Virus record (IMG/VR): IMGVR_UViG_3300025158_000045
Span: 1 to 34,143 of that record
Length of the DNA stretch: 34,143 nt
Origin: a virus
Lineage: Duplodnaviria > Caudoviricetes
Direction: 5' to 3' (one strand)
The position numbers and the translations under genes were made by a program. Positions 13,752 to 23,520 of the stretch are shown piece by piece (the first letter of the stretch is position 1; each line of letters opens with the position of its first letter). Below the pieces are notes generated by a model. It ran no database searches, was not told the DNA's origin, and worked only from the letters and a program-made list of their open reading frames with translations.

Positions 13752-15191
13752 TTAAATATTATAGGATACACTAAAACCAAAGAACCCAGATGGACCCACT
13801 CCTGTAAACGGCGTAACGCCGTCAGGACCTGCGCTAATAACAACTGAGCCCGCTGTACTTATATGAAGATGACCACTCATACTGTAACCATTGTCCTGAA
13901 TAAAAATAGGAAAATTTACATCATCAATAGTTGGTCGAATGGAGACAGGTAAGTTTGTTGTAGACACCATCGTTCCGCTTGCTGTCGCCGAAAATAATGT
14001 GTTTCTAATTGTTAATGAAACTAATGTTTTTGTATAGCAATATTCAATATCAACACTTACAGGAGACGCTGTAATTCCTGAAAAACTAATCGCTTGTGTT
14101 CCTTTATTTCCTCCAAAAGCCTCATCGATACCGATTAAATGCCTCTGTATTGATGTTCCAACTAAAGGATAATTAGCAGGAGTATAAGAGCCGTTTATTT
14201 GCGATGAATTTGTTAGATAGTTAATAGTTGGCACACCGTCGCCAGAAAGGAATACTATAGAGATTCCAGATACGGGGACAGAGTCTGCATCAATATTCAA
14301 TATTTGAGTTCCATCAATTTCTCTAAGAGTTAATGATGTGTTAATGCGCGTATTGGCTATTAATGCAGTGCAATTTGAATTTGTACGCAAATCAAATATA
14401 TTAATATACCCGCCTAAAATATTTAATGATGATGCTCCTGATTCTAATGTTGCTGCACCCGTGTAGTTATAAATTCTACCTGAACGCATTAGAATAGTAC
14501 CACCGTCAATTTCAGTTTGATCTCCAGTAGTCGTAGAGTACCAGTCAATATCATTAAAAATATATTCTTGCGCTGTTTTGTTTAATAATGTTATTTTTGA
14601 ATTAGGCGTTTTTACATTGTTAAAATTTATCGCCCAAACACCAGACGCATATAATTGACCGTTGAAGTTTAAGTCACATCCGTCTAGAATGATGTTAGAT
14701 ATTTCACTCGCATGAGCAATGGATGTGTCATGTGACGGATGCAACGAAAAACCGGAAGCTGACGTAAAAATAACAGACCCTAATGATGAGCCAATATACG
14801 AAACATACGGTTTTTTAACTATTGACGCCTCATTTATTACACCCGGTGCTATTGAGATAACAAATGGATTTGTAGCTGATGCTATTGTAATAAACGCGTT
14901 CGCTCCTTCTAATGTTTTAAATTGAAGACCTATCGTTCCGTCTGCTGTTGCGTCATCTCCTCCAACTGGATCTACATAGACAATATTTACTGCGCTTTTT
15001 GACGAAACTTCTACTTTTTTCCATTCGCCGCTTTCAAAATATATTTGATCACCGACTTTTGAGCTTGTTATTCCGTCTAAAACTGTATTTCCAGCCACAT
15101 TTACAGTATAAATAATATTAGGTTGACCTACTCCGGATGATAAAGTTGGAGTATTTGTATCTGCGTTCCAAAATAAATTACGTGTTGCCAT
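13752..15191 (-). CDS. Fibre/spike protein with putative beta-helix (depolymerase-like) core
   Basis: N-terminal WNADTNTPTL...GD.I.F..GEWKKV module; VYVDPVGGDDATADGT...FKTL motif that commonly precedes right-handed beta-helices; C-terminal LPVSIRP domain. Confidence 0.7.
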   Translation of the reverse strand: MATRNLFWNADTNTPTLSSGVGQPNIIYTVNVAGNTVLDGITSSKVGDQIYFESGEWKKVEVSSKSAVNIVYVDPVGGDDATADGTIGLQFKTLEGANAFITIASATNPFVISIAPGVINEASIVKKPYVSYIGSSLGSVIFTSASGFSLHPSHDTSIAHASEISNIILDGCDLNFNGQLYASGVWAINFNNVKTPNSKITLLNKTAQEYIFNDIDWYSTTTGDQTEIDGGTILMRSGRIYNYTGAATLESGASSLNILGGYINIFDLRTNSNCTALIANTRINTSLTLREIDGTQILNIDADSVPVSGISIVFLSGDGVPTINYLTNSSQINGSYTPANYPLVGTSIQRHLIGIDEAFGGNKGTQAISFSGITASPVSVDIEYCYTKTLVSLTIRNTLFSATASGTMVSTTNLPVSIRPTIDDVNFPIFIQDNGYSMSGHLHISTAGSVVISAGPDGVTPFTGVGPSGFFGFSVSYNI

Positions 15192-15195
15192 TCTA

Positions 15196-15768
15196 TTAGT
15201 CCACTAAAAAATTGTCATATTGATCAATTAGGAAATTGCCATATTGATCAGTTAAATAATTAAAATCAAAAAAACCAGCTTGTTCAATACCAGAAATTAT
15301 TGTTAATTCGCCTTGATTTGCTGTTAAAACAATTCTAAACGATGTATCTACATATTCGGGGATAGACGAACCTTCCGGAGCACTTAATATTGTTCCGTCA
15401 TTAATATTCGCATATACTTTATGTCCCGTCACAGAATTATTTGCATTATTTCTCGCCCAAAAATCTCCTGTTCTGAATACACTAATCGGAATGCCTTTTT
15501 TTATCAAAAGCGTGCCTTGTATAAAGCTGTCTGCGTTAATTGCTCTTTGTTGTCTAGCTACAAACCCTAGCGGCAATGTCGATCCAAAATTATCAACTAA
15601 CGAAGGATAAGTATTCGACACCCATGCAAATGTACCAACCTTTATACCGTCCAATCCGGTTGAGTAGGCAGCTTCTACACCTTGCGCTGTTTCTAAATTA
15701 TTAGTCGCAGCAAAGTCGCCCTCTACTGCGTATGATTGTCTTGTATTTATTGAAGTTTGAAATCCCAT
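15196..15768 (-). CDS. Second capsid decoration (cement) protein paralog with C-terminal repeat extension
   Basis: Aligns end to end with 28735..29235 (MGFQT.IN, GD.A.TN, FAW, GF.AR, AN..DGT, GELTIIS), plus about 31 extra aa. Confidence 0.8.
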   Translation of the reverse strand: MGFQTSINTRQSYAVEGDFAATNNLETAQGVEAAYSTGLDGIKVGTFAWVSNTYPSLVDNFGSTLPLGFVARQQRAINADSFIQGTLLIKKGIPISVFRTGDFWARNNANNSVTGHKVYANINDGTILSAPEGSSIPEYVDTSFRIVLTANQGELTIISGIEQAGFFDFNYLTDQYGNFLIDQYDNFLVD

Positions 15769-15770
15769 TT

Positions 15771-16922
15771 TTACCCTATAAAATCTATTGAGCCAAATTG
15801 TGCCTGAGCTTTAGCACCTGAACCAGGCTCGCCAAGCCCTTGAAATTCAACATATTGACCTGGTACTAAACTAATTGCAAAACTTAAATTGATCAAATAC
15901 GCGGATGTCTTTCCTGGAAATGCAGTATAACCATTTGCCCCAGCTATTGTAATACTTCCATTAAATAACGCAGTAATTCTAACTTGCTCTTCTGCAAAAA
16001 TATTACTCATCAAAAAGCTTGCGTTTACTTGTATTCTGCACGGGAAACTTGGTTGTATTCTATTATTTGCTACAATTGGGTTATATGTTCCTTCCTGGAA
16101 TCCAAATGGAACAATAGTGCCGGGTGAAGCAATTGGTACTTCGCCTACACCTCCAAATTGCGCCCAAAAACGGCGATTTACGCTCAAAACTAATGAAGTT
16201 GTTGGGGATGTTTCAAGAACAGAAATAATATCTGACTTTACTAAACCTGGGACTTTATTAGAAGCGGGAGGTATATCAACTGATGAACTACCTCCGGGAG
16301 CGTTTGTAAATACTCTTAAAGTTGATGTAGTGTCATTAAGTATAGTATAATTTTTTGAAATTTGAAAAGGAAGTATTAATTCTACAATAGGTGCAGGAGG
16401 CGCAGATTCATTTATCCACAAAAAAAGAGATGCAGCTTGCTTTTGCGTTACAGCCAAAACACTTTGGCCTGCTACTGTTATTGTAAGAACAGCAGGAGAC
16501 GTTGAGACATCTTCTCTCCAGCCTACTGATGCAGGTGAATCTGGATCTGTTTGATTGTTATCAATTGTACTTATCCAATAACCTTTATTGTCTGAACGTT
16601 TAACACGCGCACCCGCCGGATATCCTGTAATATAAGGATTAGAATTGTTATACAATGCCCCGTTATAGCTAAATCCACCTCCAACAGATTGCCACACGCC
16701 GAGTTGTCCGATATTATTTAATAAACCATTAAAATCGGGACCAAGCGGAGGAAGTCCTGATACTGCTATATCCTCCATGGTAATCTTAGGGAACCCTTTT
16801 GTATATGTCGCCTTATTTGGCTTTAAAGGGTCTGTATTGATTTGAGGTATAGCATCAATTGTGCCTGCTTCTGCATCATAAGCAAATGCGCTTTCCAACT
16901 GTTCTATTGTAGGTATTGCCAT
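15771..16922 (-). CDS. Tail fibre protein
   Basis: GFPKITM...GLPPLGPDFNGLL...GYPAGA...WISTIDNN.TDPD N-terminal anchor of Bcep781-like fibres; follows the DUF2612 gene. Confidence 0.85.
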   Translation of the reverse strand: MAIPTIEQLESAFAYDAEAGTIDAIPQINTDPLKPNKATYTKGFPKITMEDIAVSGLPPLGPDFNGLLNNIGQLGVWQSVGGGFSYNGALYNNSNPYITGYPAGARVKRSDNKGYWISTIDNNQTDPDSPASVGWREDVSTSPAVLTITVAGQSVLAVTQKQAASLFLWINESAPPAPIVELILPFQISKNYTILNDTTSTLRVFTNAPGGSSSVDIPPASNKVPGLVKSDIISVLETSPTTSLVLSVNRRFWAQFGGVGEVPIASPGTIVPFGFQEGTYNPIVANNRIQPSFPCRIQVNASFLMSNIFAEEQVRITALFNGSITIAGANGYTAFPGKTSAYLINLSFAISLVPGQYVEFQGLGEPGSGAKAQAQFGSIDFIG

Positions 16923-17497
16923 TAAACTATTACCTCTACGCCGTCAGGTATTGGGACTATACCGGAATTATAAATTATATCTCCGTCAATTGCACTAATT
17001 GGAACATTAAATATAAATTCAATCGTCATATCGTGATTATTTTTAACATATCCAACACCTGCACCTAAAATTATTTCTAAAACCTTGTTGATGGTAGGAA
17101 TTGATGGTGGATGAATGTTTGCGTACGCTTTTGCAAATATCATTTTTCTAAAAATATCATCAGGAACAGGAACTGTATTTGTCGCTGCATTTCCGTTAAA
17201 AAATGGTGCAACACTGAAAGGCGTATAAACTTGATCAGGTTGAGTAAAAGCGGGATTATAATAACCGACATACACTCCCGAAGGAACTATCTCTAAATAA
17301 CGAGTAATGCCAACAATTATACCCCAATCGTCTAACCCAAAACCGTGTGCAGTATTTAGATTAAAAACAAAATTATAAAAATTATCAATATCCGTTTCTG
17401 GCCCTATCGCATCATTCATTGACTTTATAATATAGTCAATAGTTGGCGAATTCGCGTATTGACTCATTATTGTTTGTTCTAATTGAGTCGGTGTCAT
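16922..17497 (-). CDS. Baseplate wedge protein (DUF2612)
   Basis: SQYANSP, TAHGFGLDDWGIIVGITR, KAYANI motifs. Confidence 0.88.
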   Translation of the reverse strand: MTPTQLEQTIMSQYANSPTIDYIIKSMNDAIGPETDIDNFYNFVFNLNTAHGFGLDDWGIIVGITRYLEIVPSGVYVGYYNPAFTQPDQVYTPFSVAPFFNGNAATNTVPVPDDIFRKMIFAKAYANIHPPSIPTINKVLEIILGAGVGYVKNNHDMTIEFIFNVPISAIDGDIIYNSGIVPIPDGVEVIV

Positions 17498-18693
17498 ATT
17501 ATAACAACCTCAACATTCGCTTTTGGTAATAAAGGTTTTTGGTCGGCATTTGTCTGTAATGTAGTAGTTGCGGGATTAGGCGCAGTACCTATATAACCGT
17601 TCAATATTTGAACTGTGTTGCTGACAGATAAAATAACAGAATAAAATTGATTAGCTGCTATAAATGCGCCTATTCCCTCATCAAAAGCGTCTGCCATCGC
17701 AGTTTGTATCTGATTTGCAATGTCGCTTGGTAATAATGGGTTACTACTGATTTCTATTTTATAATAAACATCCAGAGGAGTTGTTTCTTGAAATGATATG
17801 GGTTCAAATTGATCTAAATATGGGACTTGTATAGTTGTTGCGCCGTTTGTCGCGCACCCGACTGATATTTTATTAAAAATTGCTTCTGCTACTAATTCTC
17901 TTAAAGAATGTGTCCAATTTTCTGAATACACTGATACGTAAACAGAATTTGCTATTAAATTAACTCCGTTTATAACAATTGGAGCATTTGAATAATTATT
18001 TAATACTTTAACATCAAGAACATTTATAATTGTGAAGACTGAACCAAGTATTGAACCAAGTATACCTGCTGAGTTTACAGCGACACTATTAAATCGTCTA
18101 CGCTCAAAATCTCTTCTGCTTTCAATATTCGTTCCCAAGATTCCATCAGATAAGTTGTTAACTGTATCCCAGCCAATAATTGACTGGCTTATCACATTTA
18201 ACGTGCCAGACAAGCAAGGAATAGGCCCTACTACTGTATTTTCAACTTGACCATTTGCCGTCTCACTTGGTCCGATTGTTACTTGTTGTAGGAATTGATA
18301 AACATTTCCATTTGTATCCTGACATTGTGTTCCAGCTGGAATTATTGTACCTGATAAACCGTTAACTACTACATTAACTACCGTTGGAGTACCAGGCTTT
18401 CTTTCAATGAAGTATATTTCGCCCAATGCGTCTTGAAAAAATCCCATTGCATGTCGAGGGTCAAATTGATTGACTAAATAAGCTATCTGACTGTTTTTGT
18501 TTGCGATAATTGCAGTGATACTGGTTGCTAGCTGGCCCTGAGGAGTTGATAAGTCGAATGACAATTGACCGCCAAATGCTTCATTGAAATCTTCTAAAAC
18601 ACCGTCCAAAATTTCTTGCTCAGCCGGAAGTATTAACCCTGTTGTTGTAAATTGTATTTCAGGTACGTTAGAAAGTAATGCCATTATCCCCAC
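17494..18693 (-). CDS. Baseplate J-like protein
   Basis: STPQGQL, NQFDP..AMG.FQDALG.IYF.ER, G..IESR.DFE.RR. Confidence 0.9.
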   Translation of the reverse strand: MGIMALLSNVPEIQFTTTGLILPAEQEILDGVLEDFNEAFGGQLSFDLSTPQGQLATSITAIIANKNSQIAYLVNQFDPRHAMGFFQDALGEIYFIERKPGTPTVVNVVVNGLSGTIIPAGTQCQDTNGNVYQFLQQVTIGPSETANGQVENTVVGPIPCLSGTLNVISQSIIGWDTVNNLSDGILGTNIESRRDFERRRFNSVAVNSAGILGSILGSVFTIINVLDVKVLNNYSNAPIVINGVNLIANSVYVSVYSENWTHSLRELVAEAIFNKISVGCATNGATTIQVPYLDQFEPISFQETTPLDVYYKIEISSNPLLPSDIANQIQTAMADAFDEGIGAFIAANQFYSVILSVSNTVQILNGYIGTAPNPATTTLQTNADQKPLLPKANVEVVII

Positions 18694-19024
18694 CTAAATC
18701 ATCAGTAAATAAAATATTTCCGCTTAATTTTCTGTCATTCAATTGGCTTAAATCTGACCTAACAGATGCAACATGCTCAACTGTTAAAGTTTCTTGTTCC
18801 ATTAATGCTCCTATAAAATTAATGGGGACATTTTCTCCTAAAACGTTAAAATAAGGAATACCTTTATTGTTTTGATAAAATTGTTCGCCTCTCACTGTTC
18901 GTAATGCAGTTGCTACATTTTGAGCAACTGCAAACGAATCAGAGATGGTTTTAATATTATAAAACTCATCTAATTCCAAATCCCATGTGACTTGATTTAA
19001 ACTTAGGCTTGTAGTAACTGTCAT
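18668..19024 (-). CDS. Baseplate wedge / sheath initiator (gp46/gpW-like)
   Basis: WDL.LD...NI, VAQNVATA.RT.RGE, GIPYF; synteny. Confidence 0.75.
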   Translation of the reverse strand: MTVTTSLSLNQVTWDLELDEFYNIKTISDSFAVAQNVATALRTVRGEQFYQNNKGIPYFNVLGENVPINFIGALMEQETLTVEHVASVRSDLSQLNDRKLSGNILFTDDLGGDNGITF

Positions 19025-19701
19025 GGTACGGGTGGCCCTGAATTATCTCCGCCACTTTGGACGGCACTGTGTAAATGATTTTGTAATGAAATAGAGCCGC
19101 TCGTTATATTTCCGTCTGCATCAATTGTACCTGTCGTATTAATATTTCCATTAACAGTTAAATTCCCATTTATTGTTGTTCCTGACGGAGAGTTAACTAT
19201 AACAGTCGTTTGTGATGTAATTTTTATTTTATTATTGTTAAATTCAACAAAATTAACTGGCGTATTATTTAATACTCCACCAAGATACAATCCATCGCTA
19301 AATGAAAACTGTCGGTAAGATGCAGGAGCAGCTTGTTTTTTTGTTTTTATAACGTTTGAAATATCTTTATTTGCAAAAATACAGATTCCTATGTCACCTA
19401 TAACAGGGTCAATTATTATAGCATTAGTACCCCCTTGAATCCTTAAATAGGGTAAACTAAAAATAACACCATGGGGATATGTGTTTCTGTTTGCATCAAT
19501 TTGCTCAAGCAAAGGTGTTACATTCACTGTGCCTACAGGGCCTTCTCCGCCAGCATCTACTCCCATTACTTTAACCAGCGTTGCAGTCTGTATATCTTTT
19601 AAAACCTGATTTACAACAAATATAAGCTTGTTGTATTCGCTTTGGAAATCATGAACATTTGCTTCACCTAAATAAAACCTATCCTGTGATTGCTGTGCCA
19701 T
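19021..19701 (-). CDS. Baseplate central spike (Gp138-N / gpV apex)
   Basis: QGG.NAIIIDP..GDIG; C-terminal HxH apex SLQNHLHSAVQSG. Confidence 0.9.
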   Translation of the reverse strand: MAQQSQDRFYLGEANVHDFQSEYNKLIFVVNQVLKDIQTATLVKVMGVDAGGEGPVGTVNVTPLLEQIDANRNTYPHGVIFSLPYLRIQGGTNAIIIDPVIGDIGICIFANKDISNVIKTKKQAAPASYRQFSFSDGLYLGGVLNNTPVNFVEFNNNKIKITSQTTVIVNSPSGTTINGNLTVNGNINTTGTIDADGNITSGSISLQNHLHSAVQSGGDNSGPPVP

Positions 19702-20560
19702 GTTTACTCCCTCGCACTAAGCTAAAATATTGACCGTCTGGAAATTCAGACTGCAAAGTATGACTTATAGAAATAGCGGTAAATTCACCATTTGCACGCG
19801 GCAAGTCTGATTCTATTATAATTTTACCACCAAAAACTAAAAATGGATTAAATAATATTTCTATATTTACGCCTAAGTTATCGAATGTTGGATATGCAAT
19901 CATTCCGCTTTCTTGATTTATAATAACATCTAATCCGCCTCGCGGTTGGCCTTGATTACATATAATCACTGAATTATTATCAAAATACACATCAACATTA
20001 GATGCTCTTGCAATTGTTCTTATTTGATGAATTGCTGTATTTGTTAAATAAGCGTTATTCATGACTGCCTCAACGCCTACGTTTTCAAAATGTAAACCCA
20101 AGTCCTTTGCTATCTTTGCGATGACGACAGATATTTTTGTACTTCCTTTGTATGAGGTTATAGGATACGGCGTTAATAAATTGTACCAATTATTTATAGC
20201 ATATATGTGCAAGTAAACATCGGGCATACTTGCATAGACTCCCCACGCATTAATAATATCCCCCCTAAAAATCAAAGTTTCATATGTGTTTGAGTCATCT
20301 AATGCAAAAACATCGATTAATGTTTTATTTTTTTCTGCCAAATTCCAATTTAATGTAGTGATTGCATTCATATCCGATTGGCTGATGCCAAATATTTGAA
20401 TTTGCGCAGTGGATAATTGTTGTCCACCCGCATGATCAATATAGCACGAGCTTCTAAATCCTATAATTTCTATCGTATCGCTTCCTGACGATGTAAACTC
20501 TCGCCCTGGAATTGATATAATGTATTTTATCTGTTTTTTATTGTAACTGGGCATATTCAT
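19679..20560 (-). CDS. Baseplate hub protein
   Basis: IFRGDI..AW, SGMIAYPT, ISHTL.S motifs; synteny. Confidence 0.8.
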   Translation of the reverse strand: MNMPSYNKKQIKYIISIPGREFTSSGSDTIEIIGFRSSCYIDHAGGQQLSTAQIQIFGISQSDMNAITTLNWNLAEKNKTLIDVFALDDSNTYETLIFRGDIINAWGVYASMPDVYLHIYAINNWYNLLTPYPITSYKGSTKISVVIAKIAKDLGLHFENVGVEAVMNNAYLTNTAIHQIRTIARASNVDVYFDNNSVIICNQGQPRGGLDVIINQESGMIAYPTFDNLGVNIEILFNPFLVFGGKIIIESDLPRANGEFTAISISHTLQSEFPDGQYFSLVRGSKHGTAITG

Positions 20561-20888
20561 CAGCCGTTAGATAAATCAATAAAAATCTTGTATTCAGTTC
20601 ACTATAATACGGGTCAGACTTTCCTTGCGTGTCAACAAACAGAAAATTTCCGCCAAAATCAACGTATGATTGTTTGATTAAAAAATTTAAATTCTCGCAA
20701 ATGGTAGTATTTGTTATTTCGTTATTATTTGTTTCAAGACTAAAATATAAAGAGGATGTTAACGCATTTGGGTCTTCATTGTATCCAAGTACATTATCTT
20801 TTGATTGCAGTTTAATTCTGCATAATACTGTTTCTAATGTAACATTAAAAATTTGATTTGGAACGTTATTAACAGGTATCTGTATCAT
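20538..20888 (-). CDS. Baseplate/tail tip protein
   Basis: IP...PNQ...L, F.GNFLFVDTQGKSDP.Y..L..RFLL.Y. Confidence 0.75.
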   Translation of the reverse strand: MIQIPVNNVPNQIFNVTLETVLCRIKLQSKDNVLGYNEDPNALTSSLYFSLETNNNEITNTTICENLNFLIKQSYVDFGGNFLFVDTQGKSDPYYSELNTRFLLIYLTADEYAQLQ

Positions 20889-21497
20889 TTAAACTCCATT
20901 TTTAACGGTGTTTTGAGTTCTATTGCTTGGCGTTTTACCTTGAGCACTACCACCATTCACGCTGTTGGACGAATTAGGATTCGTCGGGTTATTTATCTGA
21001 TTTCCTGAATTACTAAAACGAGCATTAACCTGCCTTATCTCTTTTAAAAATAATGTGATTGATAACATTGATACGTTATTATTACCAGAGCGTGTATAAG
21101 AATAACGTTCTATAGATTGGTTTATATATTGAACATCAGGCGTTATAACAGATAATAGTTGTGTTGACTTTGTTGCTGAATCAATTTGATTAATAAACTG
21201 TATTCTATCAGATAAGCTTCCAGACAAGGTTAATGTAACTGCGGAAAGTCCAGGTAATTCAACCTTGTTATAAGACGCAAACCCACCTTGTTGTATCGGA
21301 AATGTGCTTATTGTCGTAATTTTATTGTAAGCAATGTCCTGTGTTGACTGAGTTGGTCCAAGAAATGTCAAACCTAATCCTGTAAATGACTCGCCGTCTT
21401 CGTTATAAATACCCCATTGCGCTGAGAACGCATTGATAATATTTTGCCCAATATTGTTAAATTCACCAAAAAAATTATTAAAATTTAGGGTTGGCAT
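20889..21497 (-). CDS. Tail tube initiator / Dit-like baseplate protein
   Basis: WGIY, FPIQQGGFASYNKV..P, VITPD, L.EIR motifs. Confidence 0.75.
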   Translation of the reverse strand: MPTLNFNNFFGEFNNIGQNIINAFSAQWGIYNEDGESFTGLGLTFLGPTQSTQDIAYNKITTISTFPIQQGGFASYNKVELPGLSAVTLTLSGSLSDRIQFINQIDSATKSTQLLSVITPDVQYINQSIERYSYTRSGNNNVSMLSITLFLKEIRQVNARFSNSGNQINNPTNPNSSNSVNGGSAQGKTPSNRTQNTVKNGV

Positions 21498-22870
21498 TAA
21501 TACATCCCTAAGTTTGATTGCATGACATTATTTATACCCATGCTATTGTATATTTCGTTAACAATTCCTTTCGGATCTGTAGACTTTGTATGTACGTGCA
21601 AATTTTGCACGTTATTATGGTGTGTGACATTAGTTGCACCTGCTATCGCTGAACCGTTCGGATAACCGAGAAGACCTCTTTCGGCATTTAAATTAATTGC
21701 ACGTTGCTTTTCAAGTTGCTCTTTAGTTAGATGCGTACGTCTCGCAGCTAATATGCCCATACCTAAAAAATTTAACGCTCCTTTTTCGGCGTTAGGCGTA
21801 AAGAATGATGCTATTCCTTTTTCAAGCATTGTAAGAAATGGTGCGAATGTGTTTGCTAACTCAAGCTTTAAATTAGAAAATTGATTTTCCAAGTTTTGAG
21901 TAGCTTTATTTAATTCGTTCAAGTTTTCTATTTGTTGTTTAGTAAGGCTAATATTTCCTGATTGTTGATTAAGCGATTGACGGATTGCTTGTGGCCCTTG
22001 CATTAAAAAGTTAACAACGCCCGGACTAAACCCTGCTAATTCCAGCATATTATACGCATCTTGCTTATTTAAATGCTTTGCTTTTATTCCGGACTGAACG
22101 GCACCTGCTATATTTAATAAAATATCCTCAGGTTTTCTTGCTTGATTTCTTCTATTAGACAGCGGAACATTGAGGGAGTTCATAACGTTACTAAAACATT
22201 TTGAGCCCCCCATTAAGTGCGTCATTGTCTGAGAGCGACTTATTAATCCTAATGCACTTATAATTTGATCTCCGGATGTCCCTGTTAAATTTAACGCCCT
22301 ACTTAGTCCCGTTATATTTGCGGCAGATGTATTGAGCCTGTCTTGATCATAAAACAAAGGGTTATATTTTCTTGCTTCTGATAAAGTTGTTGATGCAATC
22401 CATGACGCAATACCAACGCCTGTACCTACTCCAGCTAATCGACTAAAAATTCCGCTCTTTAAAAACCCAACAAGCCCACCTTGTTCTAAAGATTGCTTTA
22501 AGCCCTTGTTTAAATCCTTGAAATATTGACTGCTTTTCTCAACTTGCTTATCTTTCTTTTTTTCATTCTCTAATTGTTTAGACGTTAGCTGTCTTTTCTT
22601 TCTTGTTTCATCTTCAACTTTTGATACAGATTCAGAATGTTTTATTACAGTTGTTTGCGTAGAACCAGTAGTTTTTTTTGTTACTATAGTTCTTTGAGTT
22701 TGACCTATAGAATCGGTACTACTTACGACATTCAGGGCATCCGATAATGATTTTTTTGTGGACTGTGATTTTTTATCCAATGAATCAAGAGCCGATTCAA
22801 GCTGCTTTGCTTTCTTGATAGCGTCATCATTATTGATTAAAAACTGCAATACAAACTTATCTAGCGTCAT
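21497..22870 (-). CDS. Tape measure protein (short, 457 aa)
   Basis: Helical, low-complexity; located after the chaperone genes. Confidence 0.8.
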   Translation of the reverse strand: MTLDKFVLQFLINNDDAIKKAKQLESALDSLDKKSQSTKKSLSDALNVVSSTDSIGQTQRTIVTKKTTGSTQTTVIKHSESVSKVEDETRKKRQLTSKQLENEKKKDKQVEKSSQYFKDLNKGLKQSLEQGGLVGFLKSGIFSRLAGVGTGVGIASWIASTTLSEARKYNPLFYDQDRLNTSAANITGLSRALNLTGTSGDQIISALGLISRSQTMTHLMGGSKCFSNVMNSLNVPLSNRRNQARKPEDILLNIAGAVQSGIKAKHLNKQDAYNMLELAGFSPGVVNFLMQGPQAIRQSLNQQSGNISLTKQQIENLNELNKATQNLENQFSNLKLELANTFAPFLTMLEKGIASFFTPNAEKGALNFLGMGILAARRTHLTKEQLEKQRAINLNAERGLLGYPNGSAIAGATNVTHHNNVQNLHVHTKSTDPKGIVNEIYNSMGINNVMQSNLGMY

Positions 22871-23096
22871 TTGCTTTTCTCACTAATATTTCATTGCAGT
22901 TATTAACTGTCACAATTTCAAATAAATTATAAGCATCTTCTATAGAGTATACTGTTTGTAGCTCAATCAAGCTTGCAAATTTGTTTTCTATAATCTTTTG
23001 AAACACAAAGGGAACATTTACGCAAGAAATCAAACTTATAGCCTGCCCTATCGAACGGCTTGAAGCTCCTGAATAATCTGGTTCCCTACGACCCCT
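22857..23096 (-). CDS. Tail assembly chaperone -1 frameshift extension (gpGT-like)
   Basis: T TTT TTA heptamer at 23102-23096; -1 frame open for 80 codons (RGRREPDY...NVPFVF...ASLIELQTVYSIEDAYNLFEI...NDAR*). Confidence 0.8.
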   Translation of the reverse strand, partial: RGRREPDYSGASSRSIGQAISLISCVNVPFVFQKIIENKFASLIELQTVYSIEDAYNLFEIVTVNNCNEILVRKANDAR

Positions 23097-23497
23097 AAAA
23101 AATTTAGATTAAGTTTAAAGAATTCTTTTCTTAGTTCAATTAATGTGCTTACTTCTGAAATGTCTTCGCTTGAATCTGATAACAACAGTTTTCTGGGTTG
23201 AAATGCGCTGTCTTTAGTTGATGTTATTTTAACAGTTAACAGAATTTCAGACATTAACTCAGATTGAGTGAGTTCGTCAATTGCTAAGAACGCTGTGACG
23301 CCCATTGCGACCAAGGCTTGCGCAGGAAAATCATTAAATTCATCGGGTATATTAAACCCAGCTTTAACAATCCCTCTTATTGCTTTTAAGCACCATCTTT
23401 CACATTGGAACGCACTCATTTCTGTTAATTCATATTTTTTACCAAAATCTCTGGAGCTTTGCTCGGAAACTTCATAAAGTATGGTTTTTCTTGTCAT
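23048..23497 (-). CDS. Tail assembly chaperone
   Basis: RDFGKKY.LTEMSA.Q.ERW...DI.EVSTL..LRKE; between tube and tape measure. Confidence 0.85.
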   Translation of the reverse strand: MTRKTILYEVSEQSSRDFGKKYELTEMSAFQCERWCLKAIRGIVKAGFNIPDEFNDFPAQALVAMGVTAFLAIDELTQSELMSEILLTVKITSTKDSAFQPRKLLLSDSSEDISEVSTLIELRKEFFKLNLNFLGVVGNQIIQELQAVR

Positions 23498-23520
23498 TTT
23501 TTTGCTCTTTTAATTTAATA

